Source: Octopus sinensis
Lineage: Eukaryota
DNA: 64,000 nt
Assembly: GCF_006345805.1 (NCBI RefSeq)
Contig: NW_021834322.1
Span: 3,770-67,769, forward strand
Direction of reading: 5' to 3'
Shown here: positions 23,455-36,290 of the stretch, in pieces
Layout of the letters: each line of letters starts with the position of its first letter
Position numbering within the stretch: position 1 is the first letter of the stretch
The notes under the pieces: model-generated
What the model saw: only the letters and a program-made list of their open reading frames with translations
What the model was told of the DNA's origin: nothing
Databases searched by the model: none
Program-made: the position numbers and the translations under genes

Positions 23455-24770
23455 CAGGGTGCAGTGAATAAATTATCTGAATTACGCAAAAGTAAAAATA
23501 ACACTGACATCTCATTTTAACAGATATATTTACCAAAATATCTAATTCAATAAAACTGCCATTGCCTTCAACCATGGCCTCCAGACAACTTTGGAATCTC
23601 CTACAACTCTTCTGGATGGTCTCTTTCTTTAAGTTGGTGAATGCTGCCATAATCCTTGCCTTCAGTTCATCTTTGGTGTTATAAGGAGTTTTGTTGGTCT
23701 CTCACTCAATTGCATCCCACACATAATAATCAAGGGGGTTGCAGTCTGGGGAGTTAGGTGGCCAGATGGTAGGGGTGATGTGGTTGCAGAAATTATCTGT
23801 CAGCCATGACTGGGTTTTCCTACTTGTATGGCATGGTACAGAGTCCTGTTGTCAGACATAGGGTCTTCCAGTAGTCACCCTTTTAACCCAGAGCAGCAAT
23901 ACCTCCTCCAGACATTTGATGTAGTTCTTCATGTTGAGTCTGAGGCTCTGTGGGAAGATGAATGAGGAATAACTTCACCATCACAAGAGATAGCCCCAAA
24001 CACCATGATGTTGACTGGATGTTTGATTTTTATCACTCTCGGTACATGTTTTGGGGACACAGCAAGCCAACGGTTCTTCTGGGTGTTCACCCTCTGATCC
24101 TGTCAGAAACTTTTCTCGTCTGAGAAAAACCAAAACATGTTCAGTTGGGGGGGGGGATGCTTGAGTTTACTCTTTACTCTCTCTTTTACTTGTTTCAGTC
24201 ATTTGACTGTGGCCATGCTGGAGCACCGCCTTTAGTCGAACAACTCGACCCCAGGACTTATTCTTTGTAAGCCCAGTGCTTATTCTATCGGTCTCTTTTG
24301 CCGAACCACTAAGTGATGGGGACATAAACACACCAGCATCGGTTGTCAAGCACTGCTAGGGAGACAAACACACACACACAAACATACACACACATATACA
24401 TACATTTATATTTATACATATATACGACGTTTGTGCAAAAGTTTTGTAGTACAGCCTTCCTCTTGTCCCTGATGGCTTGGGATAATAATTGGCCCTTTCT
24501 CATCTTGTATATGGAATACTGAATGTCTCTATGCACTACCTGCTTGAGAAGTAACTCAGACACTTCCATGTCCCTGGCCTGGATCTCACGGACAAATTCA
24601 GGAATTCTTTGCTTATCAGAACAATCAGAGTGAGGTTTTCCAAGCTGCCATACCTTTCTAATCCCCAATACACTCATCTAACTCTTTCTGAATCCTCAGT
24701 ACTATCCTCAGACTGACACCCAGGTACTCTGAAATGTTCATATTAGAGCTAAAACTCTGGTCAACTTGGG
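23453..24770 (-). mobile_element. maT/DD37D-type Tc1-mariner element (degraded), split by a SINE
   Basis: NISEYLGVSLRIVLRIQKELD; YKMRKGQLLSQ; WFFSDEKSF; QQDSVPCHT; IWPPNSPDCNPLDYYVW. End resembles a TIR (TA-CAGGGTG at ~23453). Confidence 0.85.
24169..24429 (-). mobile_element. SINE family A 3' half inserted in the maT element
   Basis: Interrupts the transposase between ...NFCT and KLKHP. Confidence 0.85.
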
Positions 24771-24772
24771 GA

Positions 24773-25172
24773 TACTCTCTTTTACTCTTTTACTTGTTTC
24801 AGTCATTTGACTGCGGCCATGATGGAGCACCGCCTTTTTAGTCGAGCAACTCGACCCCGGGACTTATTCTTTGTAAGCCCAGTACTTATTCTATCGGTCT
24901 CTTTTTGCCGAACCGTTAAGTGACGGGGATGTAAACACACCAGCATCGGTTGTCAAGCAATGCTAGGGGGACAAACAGACACACAAACACATACACACAC
25001 ATATATATATACATATATACGACAGGCTTCTTTCAGTTTCCGTCTACCAAATTCACTCACAAGGCATTGGTCGGCCCGGGGCTATAGCAGAAGACACTTG
25101 CCCAAAATGCCACGCAGTGGGACTGAACCCGGAACCATGTGGTTGGTTAGCAAGCTACTTACCACACAGCCA
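24773..25172 (-). mobile_element. SINE family A
   Basis: Full-length match. Confidence 0.9.
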
Positions 25173-25324
25173 TGTAGAATAGAAAACGTTTGCTCTAAGG
25201 TAGCTCACAGTGGGACTGAACCTAAGGCCATGTGGTTGCATATCTACTGTTTCTAGCAAATCAATCACCCCTGTACAAACAGCTGTTTTACTGATGTTGT
25301 TGCTGCTATTTCTTTGTTTGTTGA

Positions 25325-25880
25325 GTGAAGCAGTCTTCGTCCCAGAGCTCGCAAGATCACGCCTCTGTAATGGGAGAAGTCCGAAACGTGATCCTTTGCT
25401 ATTCGTAAGACCCGCAGAAGAGAGAGCAGGTCAACCCCCCGACACCGAGAGCATCGACAGATGGATGAATGCGCATCCAGGCTCAGCGGTTGCGTAGGAA
25501 GTCGCGGACAAGAAACAGGAAGAAAGAGTGACAGAAAGTTGGAGCGAAAGAGTACAACAGGGGTCCCCACCATCCCCTGCTGGAGCCTCATGGAGCTTTA
25601 GGTGTTTTCGCTCAATAAACACACACAGCGCCCAGTCTGGGAACTGAAACCACAATCCTCCGACCGCGAGTCCACTGCCCTAACCATTGGACCATTGCGC
25701 CTCCCCTTGATGTTGGAGCGAAAGAGCACAACAGGGGTCGCCACCAACCCCTGCCAGAGCCTCATGGAGTTTTAGGTGTTTTCGCTCAATAAACACACAC
25801 AACGCCCGGTCTGGGAATCAAAACCGCGATCTTCCGACCGCGAGACCGCTGCCCTAACCTCTAGGCCATTACGCCTCCAC
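25325..25880 (-). mobile_element. tRNA-derived SINE family F: one full copy plus a duplicated head
   Basis: Heads GGAGGCGCAATGG..TGGTTAGGGCAG.GGACTCGCGGTCGG end at ~25704 and ~25879. Related to 48055-48358 and 55077-55354. Confidence 0.8.
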
Positions 25881-26093
25881 TGTTACTGCTGTTGATGTTG
25901 TTGTTGTTTGAAGAACTCCATTCTGAGAGAAGTGAACCATTGCGTTGTAGTTATCCAGTCATAAATCACTTTGGCATTGATCCAAGAATTAGTTGTGAAC
26001 ATCACTCTGCAGCTGCGATGCCAAGCGTGTCTGCAGTAACATGCAGCAGGCTTTTAGGGCAAACGTGATGAATTTTTTTTAAAAATTGATAAA

Positions 26094-26553
26094 ATAGGCA
26101 TAGGAGTGGCTGTGTGGTAAGTAGCTTGCTTACTAGCCACATGGTTCCTGGTTCATTCCCACTATGTGGCACTTTGGGTGAGTGTCTTCTACTATAGCCT
26201 CGGGCCAACCAAAGCCTTGTGAGTGGATTTGGTAGGCGGAAACTGAAAGAAGCCCATCGTATATATATATATATGTGTGTGTGTGTGTATATTTATATAT
26301 ATGTGTGTGTGTATGTGTGTGTGTGTGTGTGTATGTTTGTGTGTCTGTGTTTGTTCCCCCCTACTCAACATCGCTTGACAACTGATGGTGGTGTGTTCAC
26401 GTCCCCCGTAACTTAGCGGATTGGCAAAAAAGACTGATAGAATAAGTACTGGGCTTACAAAGAATAAGTCCTGGGGGTCGATTGCTCAACTAAAGGCGGT
26501 GCTCCAGCATGGCCGCAGTCAAATGACTGAAACAAGTAAAAGAGTAAAAGAGT
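26094..26553 (+). mobile_element. SINE family A
   Basis: Full-length match. Confidence 0.9.
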
Positions 26554-26762
26554 AAAATAAAATATAAAAGCAAAACTTAATAAAAAAAAAATTCTTTGCA
26601 ATATAGGGTTATCTTTAACTGTACATTCTTTCAGTTATTGCCCTACTGTGGCCATGCTGGAGTACCACTTTGAATAAATCAACCCCAGCACCATTTTTTT
26701 TTTCTCCCTCCTTTTGAAATCTGGTGTTTATTCTATTGGTCCTCCTAGGGTCTCCTTTGCCA

Positions 26763-27228
26763 AACCTTTACTTCCCTGGGCATGGACACATTGAAACTCC
26801 GATGTCTGGCAGCTGACTTGGCAGACACCCATAAAATTATCAACCATCTTACAAACAATAACTCTGAGCACCTTTTCAAACTCCACCTGTCTAACACCCG
26901 TGGACATGTTTACAAAGTCAGAAAACAGCACAGCTCCCATGACCTTAGGAAACATTTTTTCACGCTGAGATTTGCTGAAGCATGGAACAAACTGCCGGCA
27001 TCGGTTGTTAGTTGTCGGAGCACTGCATCCTTCAAAACTTCCATGCTTCCTGAGATTCACCAACACTTCACCTGATTTTCTCCCCTCCATACACACACAA
27101 GCATGTACCTGACTCATACGTTGTTCGCTTTCCAGACATTTGTACATTACTGCATGTGCTTTATACGCACTGTCTGACAAGTTGTGGTGCACCTGAGCAC
27201 TGTATACAATAATTTCATTATTATTATT
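26763..27228 (+). mobile_element. CR1-clade LINE 3' end
   Basis: TLKLRCLAADLADTHKII...NTRGHVYKVRK...RKHFFTLRFAEAWNKLP...FKTS*, followed by an (ATT) tail. Confidence 0.85.
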
Positions 27229-27719
27229 TTTTTTTTAACCTTTAGTATTTAAACCAGCTATATCTCGCCCAAATATTCTATTTGTTTTATGTTCAAACTG
27301 GTCAGATCCAGCCTCTCACACCTACTCTACAATGCCATTCTAAAACTATGCAATCACATCATAGAAACTACAAGATAATGCACGTGCGAAAGATAATGCA
27401 AGTGTGAATCAAAAGAGCAATATATTTGATAGAGTAATGCGAATGGCAAAGGGATTAAACTGTGGGGATGTAAACAAACCAGCACCGGTTGTCAAACGAT
27501 GGCAGTGGGAAAACCAACATGCATGCATAGACACACATGCATGCATGTGTAAGACAGGCTTCCATGCAGTTTTCCTCCACTAAATTCAGTCAGAGGGTAT
27601 TGGTCCGCTTGGGGTTGTAACAGAAGACACTTTGCCCAGAGAGCCATGAAGCGAGACTGAACCAAGAACCTTTTGGGTTGCAAAAGAGCTTCTTAACCAC
27701 ATAGCCATGCCCCCCCTAC

Positions 27720-27960
27720 ACACATTCTTTTATGCTTTTTCTTGTTTCAGTCACTTGACTGTGGTCATGATAGAACATCATCTTAAAGGGTTTTTCAGTG
27801 AAAGAAATCGACCTCAGGCCTTATTCTTTGTAAGCCTAATACTTATTCTATTGGTCTCTTTTGCTGGACCACTAAGTTATGGGGACATAAACACACCAGC
27901 ATCGGTTGTCAAGCAATGGTGGAAGGACAAACACAGACACAAACACATACACACATAAAT
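27720..27960 (-). mobile_element. SINE family A 3' half
   Basis: Matches other copies. Confidence 0.75.
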
Positions 27961-28007
27961 ATCTCTGACTTTCTCTCTCTCTCTCTCTCCCTATATATAT
28001 ATATATA

Positions 28008-28562
28008 TCATCATCATCATCATCATCATCATCGTTTAACGTCCGCTTTCCATGCTGGCATGGGTTGGACGGTTCAACTGGGGTCTGGGAAGCCTGAAGG
28101 CTGCACCAGGCCAGTCAGATCTGGTAGTGTTTCTACAGCTGGATGCCCTTCTTAACGCCAACCACTCCGTGAGTGTAGTGGGTGCTTTTTACGTGCCACC
28201 GACACAGGTGCCAGACGAGGCTGGCAAACGGCCACGATCGTGTGGTGCTTTTTACGTGCCACCGGCACAGGGGCCAGGCGAGGCTGGCAAACAGCCACGA
28301 TCGGATGGTGCTTTTTACGTGCCACCGGCATGAGGCCAGTCGGGGCAGCGCTGGCAATGGCCAAGTTCGGATGGTTCTCTTACGTGTCACCGGCACTGGT
28401 ACCACAACTACAAATGGGCTTCTTTCAGTTACCACCTAGCAAATCCACTCACAAGGCTTTGGTCAGCTTGAGGCTATAGTAGAAGACACTTGCCCAAGTT
28501 GTCACACGGTGGGACAGAACTCAGAACCATGTGGTTGGGAAGCAAGCTTCTTACCACACAGG
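28008..28562 (-). mobile_element. SINE family C with about three diverged internal modules
   Basis: GGTGCTTTTTACGTGCCACC occurs three times (~28190, 28255, 28310). CORE-type head at 28420-28562. Confidence 0.8.
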
Positions 28563-28864
28563 CTTCCACACAGTTTCCATGAATCAAATCCTCTCTGAGT
28601 ATTGTTAATGTAAACTATGATAGTTTGTCTATGTCAGTCCATCTGATACAGGTTAATTATTGTTAATTAACATTAATGCAAAGGCATGGCTGTATCGTTA
28701 GCAAGTTTATTTCCTTATAATAATTACTTTTAATTTAGGCACACTAGGCCAGCAAGTTTGACGCGAACAAGTGAATCAATTTTAATTAATTGATTTTAAC
28801 AGTTCCAGAATCTGATTGGTTACTGTACATAATCTGTTCCAGAAAGATGAAGAGCAAAGTTCTT

Positions 28865-29031
28865 CTCCATCATCATCATCATCATCATCATCACCACCAC
28901 CACCACCACCACCACCACCACCACTACCATCATCATCATCATCATCATCATCACCACCACCACCACCACCACCACCACAACCACCACCACCACCACCACC
29001 ACCATCACCACCACCACCACCACACCACCAC

Positions 29032-29069
<38 letters not shown>

Positions 29070-29077
29070 CCACTACC

Positions 29078-29160
<83 letters not shown>

Positions 29161-29195
29161 ATCATCCCCATCATCCTCCTCCTCCTCCTCCTCCT
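28865..29195. repeat. (CAT)n/(CAC)n microsatellite
   Basis: Seen directly in sequence. Confidence 0.95.
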
Positions 29196-29434
29196 TTAAT
29201 GTCCATTATTTTTCATGCTGGCAAACTGGAGAACTGTACCATCAGGTTCCAGTCTGATTTGACGTGGTTTGCTATGGCTGGATGCCCTTCCTAAAACCAA
29301 CCACTTTACGGTGTGTGCTGGGTGCTTTTTTATGTGGTACCAGAACAAGCACTTCCACGTGACACCAGTACGTGGCACTAACACAGGTCTCTTGCAGGCC
29401 AATCCTCTTCACCAAGGAGGAGTAACCTCAACAA

Positions 29435-30197
29435 TTCTAATCCAAAGGACGACGGTTCAATCATTGGTTCGGGCAATGTATTGAATTTTTGAGCAATAGC
29501 AGTAAAAATGGATGTATCTGGTGCCTTCTCCTATTACACAAGCATTGAGTGGAGTGGATTAGTTGATAACATCGACCCCAAGATATAACTGATATTTTTT
29601 CCATTTTATTGACTCCTTAAAATATAAAACGTAAAGTCGACCTCAGCAACATTTGAACTCAGAATGTAAAGAGCTGAAAAAAGTATCACAGAACATGAAA
29701 TTTTGCTAGATGGGGGAATAGTTGAAGACATTGACCCTTGGGTGATGACAACCCCAAAAGGGTAAAATGTAAAGTTGACCTCGGCACCATTTGAACTCAT
29801 AATGTGAAGCCTGGTGACATACTTATTTCTTTATTGCTCACAAGGGGCTAAACATAGAGGGGACAAACAAGGACAGACAAAGGGATTAAGTTGGTTACAT
29901 CAACCCCAATGTGTAACTGGTACTTAATTTATCAACCCCGAAAGGATGAAAGGCAAAGTCGACCTCGGCAGAATTTGTACTCAGAACATAACGGCAGATG
30001 AAATATCTATTTCTTTACTACACACAAGGGCTAAACATAGAGGGGACAAGCAAGGACAGACAAAAGGATTAAGTTGATTACATTGACCCCAGTGTGTAAC
30101 TGGTACTTAATTTATCGACCCCAAAAGGATGAAAGGCAAAGTCAATCTCGGCAGAATTTGAACTCAGAACATGACGGCAGACAAAATACTGCTAAGT
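29435..30197 (-). repeat. Composite segment (degenerate family B SINEs plus flank), inverted paralog of 35880-37087
   Basis: Paralogous ORF-track translations 29606-29800(-) and 36306-36500(+). Nucleotide similarity extends to a shared GGATTAGAA boundary. Confidence 0.85.
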
Positions 30198-30199
30198 CA

Positions 30200-30540
30200 A
30201 CAAATACATCAGAAATGACTTTTCAATTGACAACAGTCGATCAAGATCAGGTTATTCAATATCCTGTTGAATTTCTGAACACACTGAAACCAGGGGTATC
30301 ACCGTATAACTTGACACTAAAACTGGGTGCTCCTATTATGTTGCTTAGAAATCTAGACCCATCTCACCTGTGATACAGAACTCGCTTAATTGTTACTTTC
30401 ACAAAGCCCCATGTCCTACAGGCAAGAATCATAACAGGTAGTCACAAAGGAGAAAAAGTCTTTATTCACAAAATTCCTCTCACACTTACAAATGTTCGAT
30501 TTGAATTTAAGATGCTTCAAGTTCCAGTCAAACTAAGTTT
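30200..30540 (+). mobile_element. Helitron PIF1-like helicase fragment
   Basis: QYPVEFLNTLKPGVSPYNLTLKLGAPIMLLRNLDP..L*YRTRLIV...ITG..KGEKVFI.KIPL...FEFK.LQVPVKLSF. Confidence 0.9.
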
Positions 30541-31180
30541 TGTGTGTGTGTATGTTTGTGTGTCTGTGTTTGTCCCCGCAATATCATTTGACAACCAATG
30601 GTGGTGTGTTTACATCCCCGTAACTTAGCGGTTCAGCAAAAGAGACAGATAGAATAAGTACTAGGCTTACAAAGAATAAGTCCTGGGGGTCAATTTGCTT
30701 GACTAAAGGCGGTGCTCCAGCCTGGCCACAGTCAAATGACTAAAAAAAAATAAAAGAGTAAGAGAGAGAGAGAGAGAGACGTATATCATAAAAACAGATG
30801 AATGGGTTATCTGGTTCTGTGGTAAATGTTTCTTTGAAAGTCAGCTGTGACATAAACATGTTACAGTCAGGTATAGAATACTCTCTCTTTTACTCTTTTA
30901 TTTGTTTCAGTCATTTGACTGTAGCCATGCTGAAGCATTGCCTTTAGTCGAGCAAATCGACCCCAGGACTTATTCTTTGTAAGCCTAGTACTTATTCTAT
31001 CGGTCTCTTTTGCCGAACCGCTAAGTTACGAGGACGTAAACACACCAGCATCGGGGTACAAACACAGACACACAAACATATACACACACATATATATATA
31101 TATACATATATACGACGGGCTTCTTTCAGTTTCTGTCTACCAAATTCATTCACAAGGCTTTGGTCGGCCCGAGGCTATAG
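30541..31180. mobile_element. Two partial family A SINEs, tail to tail (+ 30541-30780, - 30880-31180)
   Basis: Match other copies. Confidence 0.8.
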
Positions 31181-31189
31181 TTGAATGTG

Positions 31190-31850
31190 ACGTAATGTGG
31201 TGTAGTGTGGCACGGTGAAGAATAACGTGATGTGATGTGGAGTGGTGTGGCACAGTGAGGAGCAGTGTGGCACAGTGAGGGATAATATGATATGATGCAG
31301 AGTAGTGTGACATAGTGAGGAGTAGTATGGCACAGTGAGGAAAAATATGGCACGATGAGGAGCAGTGTGACACGATGTGACACAGTGTGGAACAGGGAGA
31401 AGCAATGTGGGGAATTGTGACACAGGGTGGAGCAATGTGGTATAGTGTGGCACGGTGAAGAATAACGTGATGTGATGTGGAGTGGTGTGGCACAGTGAGG
31501 AGCAGTGTGACACAGTGAGGGATAATAGGATATGATGCAGAGTAGTGCGACATAATGAGGAGTGACACCATGAGGCACAATGTGAGGAAATGTGCTGTAG
31601 TGTGGTACGGTGAGGAATAACGTTATGTGATGTGGAGTGGTGTGGCACAGTGAGGGATAATGTGATGTAATGCAGAGTAGTGTGACATAGTGAGGAGTAG
31701 TATGGCACAGTGAGGAAAAATATGGCACGATGAGGAGCAGTGTGGCACGATGTGACGCAGTGTGGAACATGGGAGAAGCACTGTGGGGAATTGTGACACA
31801 GGGTGGAGCAATGTGGCGCGATGTGGAGCAGTGTGGAGCGAAGTGACACA
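31190..31850. repeat. Degenerate higher-order repeat (~240-bp period, ~20-bp submotif AGTGTGGCACAGTGAGGAGC)
   Basis: AATGTGGTGTAGTGTGGCACGGTGAAGAATAACG-like starts at 31194, 31434 and 31589. Confidence 0.8.
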
Positions 31851-31934
31851 TGGTACAGATGCGTATGTAGCAGCAGGAATAATAACAGAAGCCGCAGCAA
31901 CAGATGCATGAGATGACAATTGCACTGAACATCA

Positions 31935-32255
31935 AATAGAGAGAAAGTGAGAGCGAGAGAGGGAGAGCAAGAGAAAGAGAGAGCGAGAGAAAGAGAGAGA
32001 GAATGAGAGAGAGGGAGAGAGGGAGACAGGGAGGATATATGAGGCAGAGCGTAAAGGGAGTAAGAAAGAGGGAGAGTGTGTGTGTGTATTTAAACAAGGT
32101 GAGGAGAGAAAATGGAAAAATGAGAAAGGCAGGGAGAGAGAAGAAAAGAGAGAAAGAGGAAGGATGCGGAGAGTGGAGAGCGAAGGAAAGAGAGAGAAAA
32201 AGGAAGAAAGAGAGGGTTGGCAACAAAAAGAGAAGGTAAAGTAACAGAGAGGGAT

Positions 32256-32294
<39 letters not shown>

Positions 32295-32530
32295 AATATA
32301 CATATATATATATACACACATATATATATATAAATATATGTATGTGTATATATATATATATTTATATATATATATGTATATATATATACATAGATATATA
32401 TATGTATATATATACATATATATATATTGTATATATATATATTTATATATATATATATAAATATACATATATATATATATACACACACATATATTATATG
32501 TGTGTGTATATATATATAAATATATGTATG

Positions 32531-32584
<54 letters not shown>

Positions 32585-32631
32585 ACACATATATATATAT
32601 ATATGTATATTTATATATATTATATATATAT

Positions 32632-32674
<43 letters not shown>

Positions 32675-32722
32675 GCATATAGACAAATGTATTTTTGGAG
32701 AGTGAAAGGGAAACAGGGAGAG

Positions 32723-32754
<32 letters not shown>

Positions 32755-32790
32755 ATGCATGTGCACCCATGTGTGTATGTGTGTGTGTGT

Positions 32791-32826
<36 letters not shown>

Positions 32827-33451
32827 AAAACAGATAAAGAGGAGAGCCTGACTGGGAAGAGTTGTCATGGCGACTTCAGCTGTCAATCGGAAAGAAAGAA
32901 AAAAATCCCTGTTAGCAAAAAGGAGTGTTTGCTATGTAGGCAGCTTGATGGAGAGAGGGAGGGGAAGAGAGAGGGGAGAGGGGGAGAGGAAGAGAGAGAG
33001 AGACAGACAGACAGACAGATAGACAGGCAGACAGAGAGGGTGTAGTGGGAGGAGGGGGAGAGACAGTGACAGAGCAGTAGTGGGAGGGCAGAGATGAGGC
33101 AGTACAGCGACAGCGACAGCGGCAGCAGCAGTAGTAGTAGTTGCAGTGGTAGTGGTGGTGATGGATATGCTTGTTGTTGTGATGGTGGTGGTGGGTGGTG
33201 GTAGTAGTGGTAGTAGCAGTAGTGGTAGTAGTAGTGGTGGTAGTGGTGGTGGTGGTGGTAGTAATAGTATTAGTGGTGGTAGTAGTGGTAGTGGCAGTAG
33301 TGGTAGTAGTAGTGGTGGTAGTGGTGGTGGTGGTGGTGGTGGTGGTAGTAGTAGTAGTGTAGTAGTTATGGTAGTAGTAGTGGTAGTAGTAGTGGTAGTA
33401 GTGGTGGTGGTAGTAGTGGTGGTGGTGGTGGTGGTAGTAGTAGTAGTGGTT

Positions 33452-33484
<33 letters not shown>

Positions 33485-33550
33485 TAGTAGTAGTAGTAGT
33501 GGTGGTAGTAGTGTAGTAGTAGTAGTGGTGGTGGTGGTGGTGGTGGTGGC
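31935..33550. repeat. Low-complexity tract: GA-rich, (TA)n, (TG)n, (GTA/GGT)n
   Basis: Seen directly in sequence. Confidence 0.9.
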
Positions 33551-33914
33551 GAGGCTTGCAAATTTTTCTGCTGATTTGGATCCTACTGAAGAGATTTCTA
33601 TATATTTCTTTCTTCACCATTATATTTTTTCTTATATTAATGTTTTTTTTTTGTTTTACTTTTTTTCTATTTTCCAATTCTTTTTTCTTTTCTTTTTTTA
33701 TATATTCTATATTGTTGATGTTGTTGTTGTTGTTGTGATTCTTCGATTCTTTCTTTTAATTCTTTCTTGAAATTCTTCAACTTCTTTAAAAAAAATCTTT
33801 TTATATCAGTTTTTCTTTTCTCTTGTTTCTACAAAATCTATGGCAAAAAAAACCAAGTAACATGAAACTCAAACTAACACTTGTATGATCTCGCATTTCA
33901 TTGATTAATTATTA

Positions 33915-33960
<46 letters not shown>

Positions 33961-33961
<1 letters not shown>

Positions 33962-35028
33962 GAGTGAGAGAGCGGTACATGTCATCAAAGTGACACTGGG
34001 GTAAAAATATACAAAGCCCAGTATACCCATCATGACTACCCGTCTGATAAGGGTACACCAGGCACATGCATCACAACCATATGTGCGCGACATGGTGATC
34101 TCATATCAAGTTAAACAGCACATGATCTTACAGGTGGGGCTCAGTTAGAATTTCTTCAGGTCGAGTACTACCCCATCCCGCTCAAAATGTCCCTGAATAA
34201 GGGGTGTTTAAGGATGTTGAACAAAACACCCATGTTTCCAGAGGTGAATTATCCAAACTCCAAAGAATTCCTCTCAACACATGACTATGATGCTCCCCAC
34301 TACTTCTGCTCGTGATCAGAGATGCACATATCGTCAGCCACTAAGGGACATGCTCAACTGGTTAAGGTCAAGCAACTGACAAGCAAATCTGTGGTATTGA
34401 GCAGAATATTTGCTGTAGCCCATCTTTTATACCAAGACAAAACAATTATTTTTATTATTATTATTATTGAGTGAGAGAGCAGTTCATGCCATCAAAGTGA
34501 CACTGGGGTAAAATATACGAAGCCCAGTATACCCATCATGATTTCCCATCTGATAAGGGTACACCAGACACATGCATCACAACCATATGTGTGCGACATG
34601 GTGATCTCATATCAAGATAAACAGCACATGACCTTGCAGGTAGGGCCCAGTTAGAATTTCTTCAGGTCGAGTACTATCCAATCCTGCTCAAAAGGTCCTT
34701 GAATAAGGGTTGTTTAAGGATGTTGAATGAAATAGCCACCCATGTTTCCAGGAGTGAATTGTTGAAACCCAAAAGAATCCCTCTCAACACATGGCTATGA
34801 TGCTCCCCCACTACTTCTGCTCATGATCAGAGATGCACATATCGTCAGCCACTAAGGGACATGCTCAACTGGTTAAGGTCAAACAACTGACAAGCAAATC
34901 TGTGGTATTGAGCAGAATATTTGCTGTAGCCCATCTTTTATACCAAGACAAAACAATGTACATGATAACACTTCCAATCAGTTGAGAACAAAAGCCATGA
35001 TAGCCACTGTCTGGTACTGCATCAGGGC

Positions 35029-35031
<3 letters not shown>
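33961..35031. mobile_element. Two head-to-tail copies of a ~570-bp non-coding element embedded in (TTA)n
   Basis: 33961-34445 (truncated) and 34467-35031 are ~90% similar. (TTA)n lies before, between and after them. Confidence 0.8.
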
Positions 35032-35087
<56 letters not shown>

Positions 35088-35104
35088 TATTATTATTATT
35101 ATTC

Positions 35105-36290
35105 AGGTGGTGAGCTAGCAGAATCGTTAGCAAGTCAGGTGAAATGCTTAGTGTCATTTCGTCCATCTTTACATTCTTAGTTCAAATTCCACCAAGGTCG
35201 ACCTTGCCTTTCATCCTTTTGGGGTTGATAAAAATAAGTACCAGTTGAATACTGGGGTTGATGTATTAACTCCACCCCATCCCACAAAATTGCTGCCCTT
35301 GTGGCAAAATTTAAAACCATTAATATTATTAGTATTATCAAGGTGACGAGCTGGCAGAACCGTTAGCACGCTGGGCAAAATGCTTAGCGGCATTTCGTCC
35401 GTCTTTACATTCTGAGTTCAAATTCTACAAAACTGACTTTGCCTTTCATCCTTTTGGAATCGATAAATTCAGTACCAGTGAGACACTGGGGTCAATATAA
35501 TCGACTGGTCTCCTCCCCTATAAATTTCAGGCCTTGTGCCTTTAGTAGAAAAGATTATTATTATGAGTAAGGCTCCAGCTGGTAAAATTGTTAGCACACT
35601 GAGGAAAATGCCTAGTGGTATTTGATCCATCCTCACATTCTGAGTTCAAATTCTGCTGAGGTTGACTTTGCCTTTCATCCTTTGCGGGTCGATAAAATAA
35701 ATGCTAGTTGAGTACTAGGGCCATGTAATCAACTTATCACCTCTCCACTAAACATTGCTGGCCTTGTACCAAATTTTGAAACCATTATAATTATTATTGA
35801 AAGTGGCAAGCTGTCTGAGCCATTAGCATACTGGACAGAGTGCTTAGCAGTATGTCATCAGGCAGAAGGCAGCGAGCTGGCAGAATCGTTAGCACACCGG
35901 GCGAAATGCTTAGCAGTATTTCGTCTGCCCCTACATTCTGAGTTCAAACTCTGCCAAGGTCGACTTTGCCTTTCATCCTTTCGGGGGTCAATTAAATAAA
36001 TACCAGTTACACCCTGGGATCGATATAATCGACTTAATCCATTTGTCTGTCCTTGTTTGTCCCCTCTGTGTTTAGCCCCTTGTGGGTAGTAAAGAACTAG
36101 GTGTTTCGTCTTCCGCTATGTTCTGAGTTCAAATTCCGCTGAGGTCTGCTTTGCCTTTCATCCTTTCGAGGTCAATTAAATAAGTACCAGTTACACACTG
36201 GGGTCAATGTAATCGACTTCATCTCTTTCTCTGTCCTTGTTTGTCCCCTCTGTGTTTAGCCCTTGTGGGCAATAAAGAAATAAGTATGTC
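35105..36290 (+). mobile_element. Run of family B SINE copies
   Basis: Repeated GAGCTGGCAGAATCGTTAGC...TTCTGAGTTCAAATT...GACTTTGCCTTTCATCCTTT.GGGGTCGATAAA. Confidence 0.85.
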
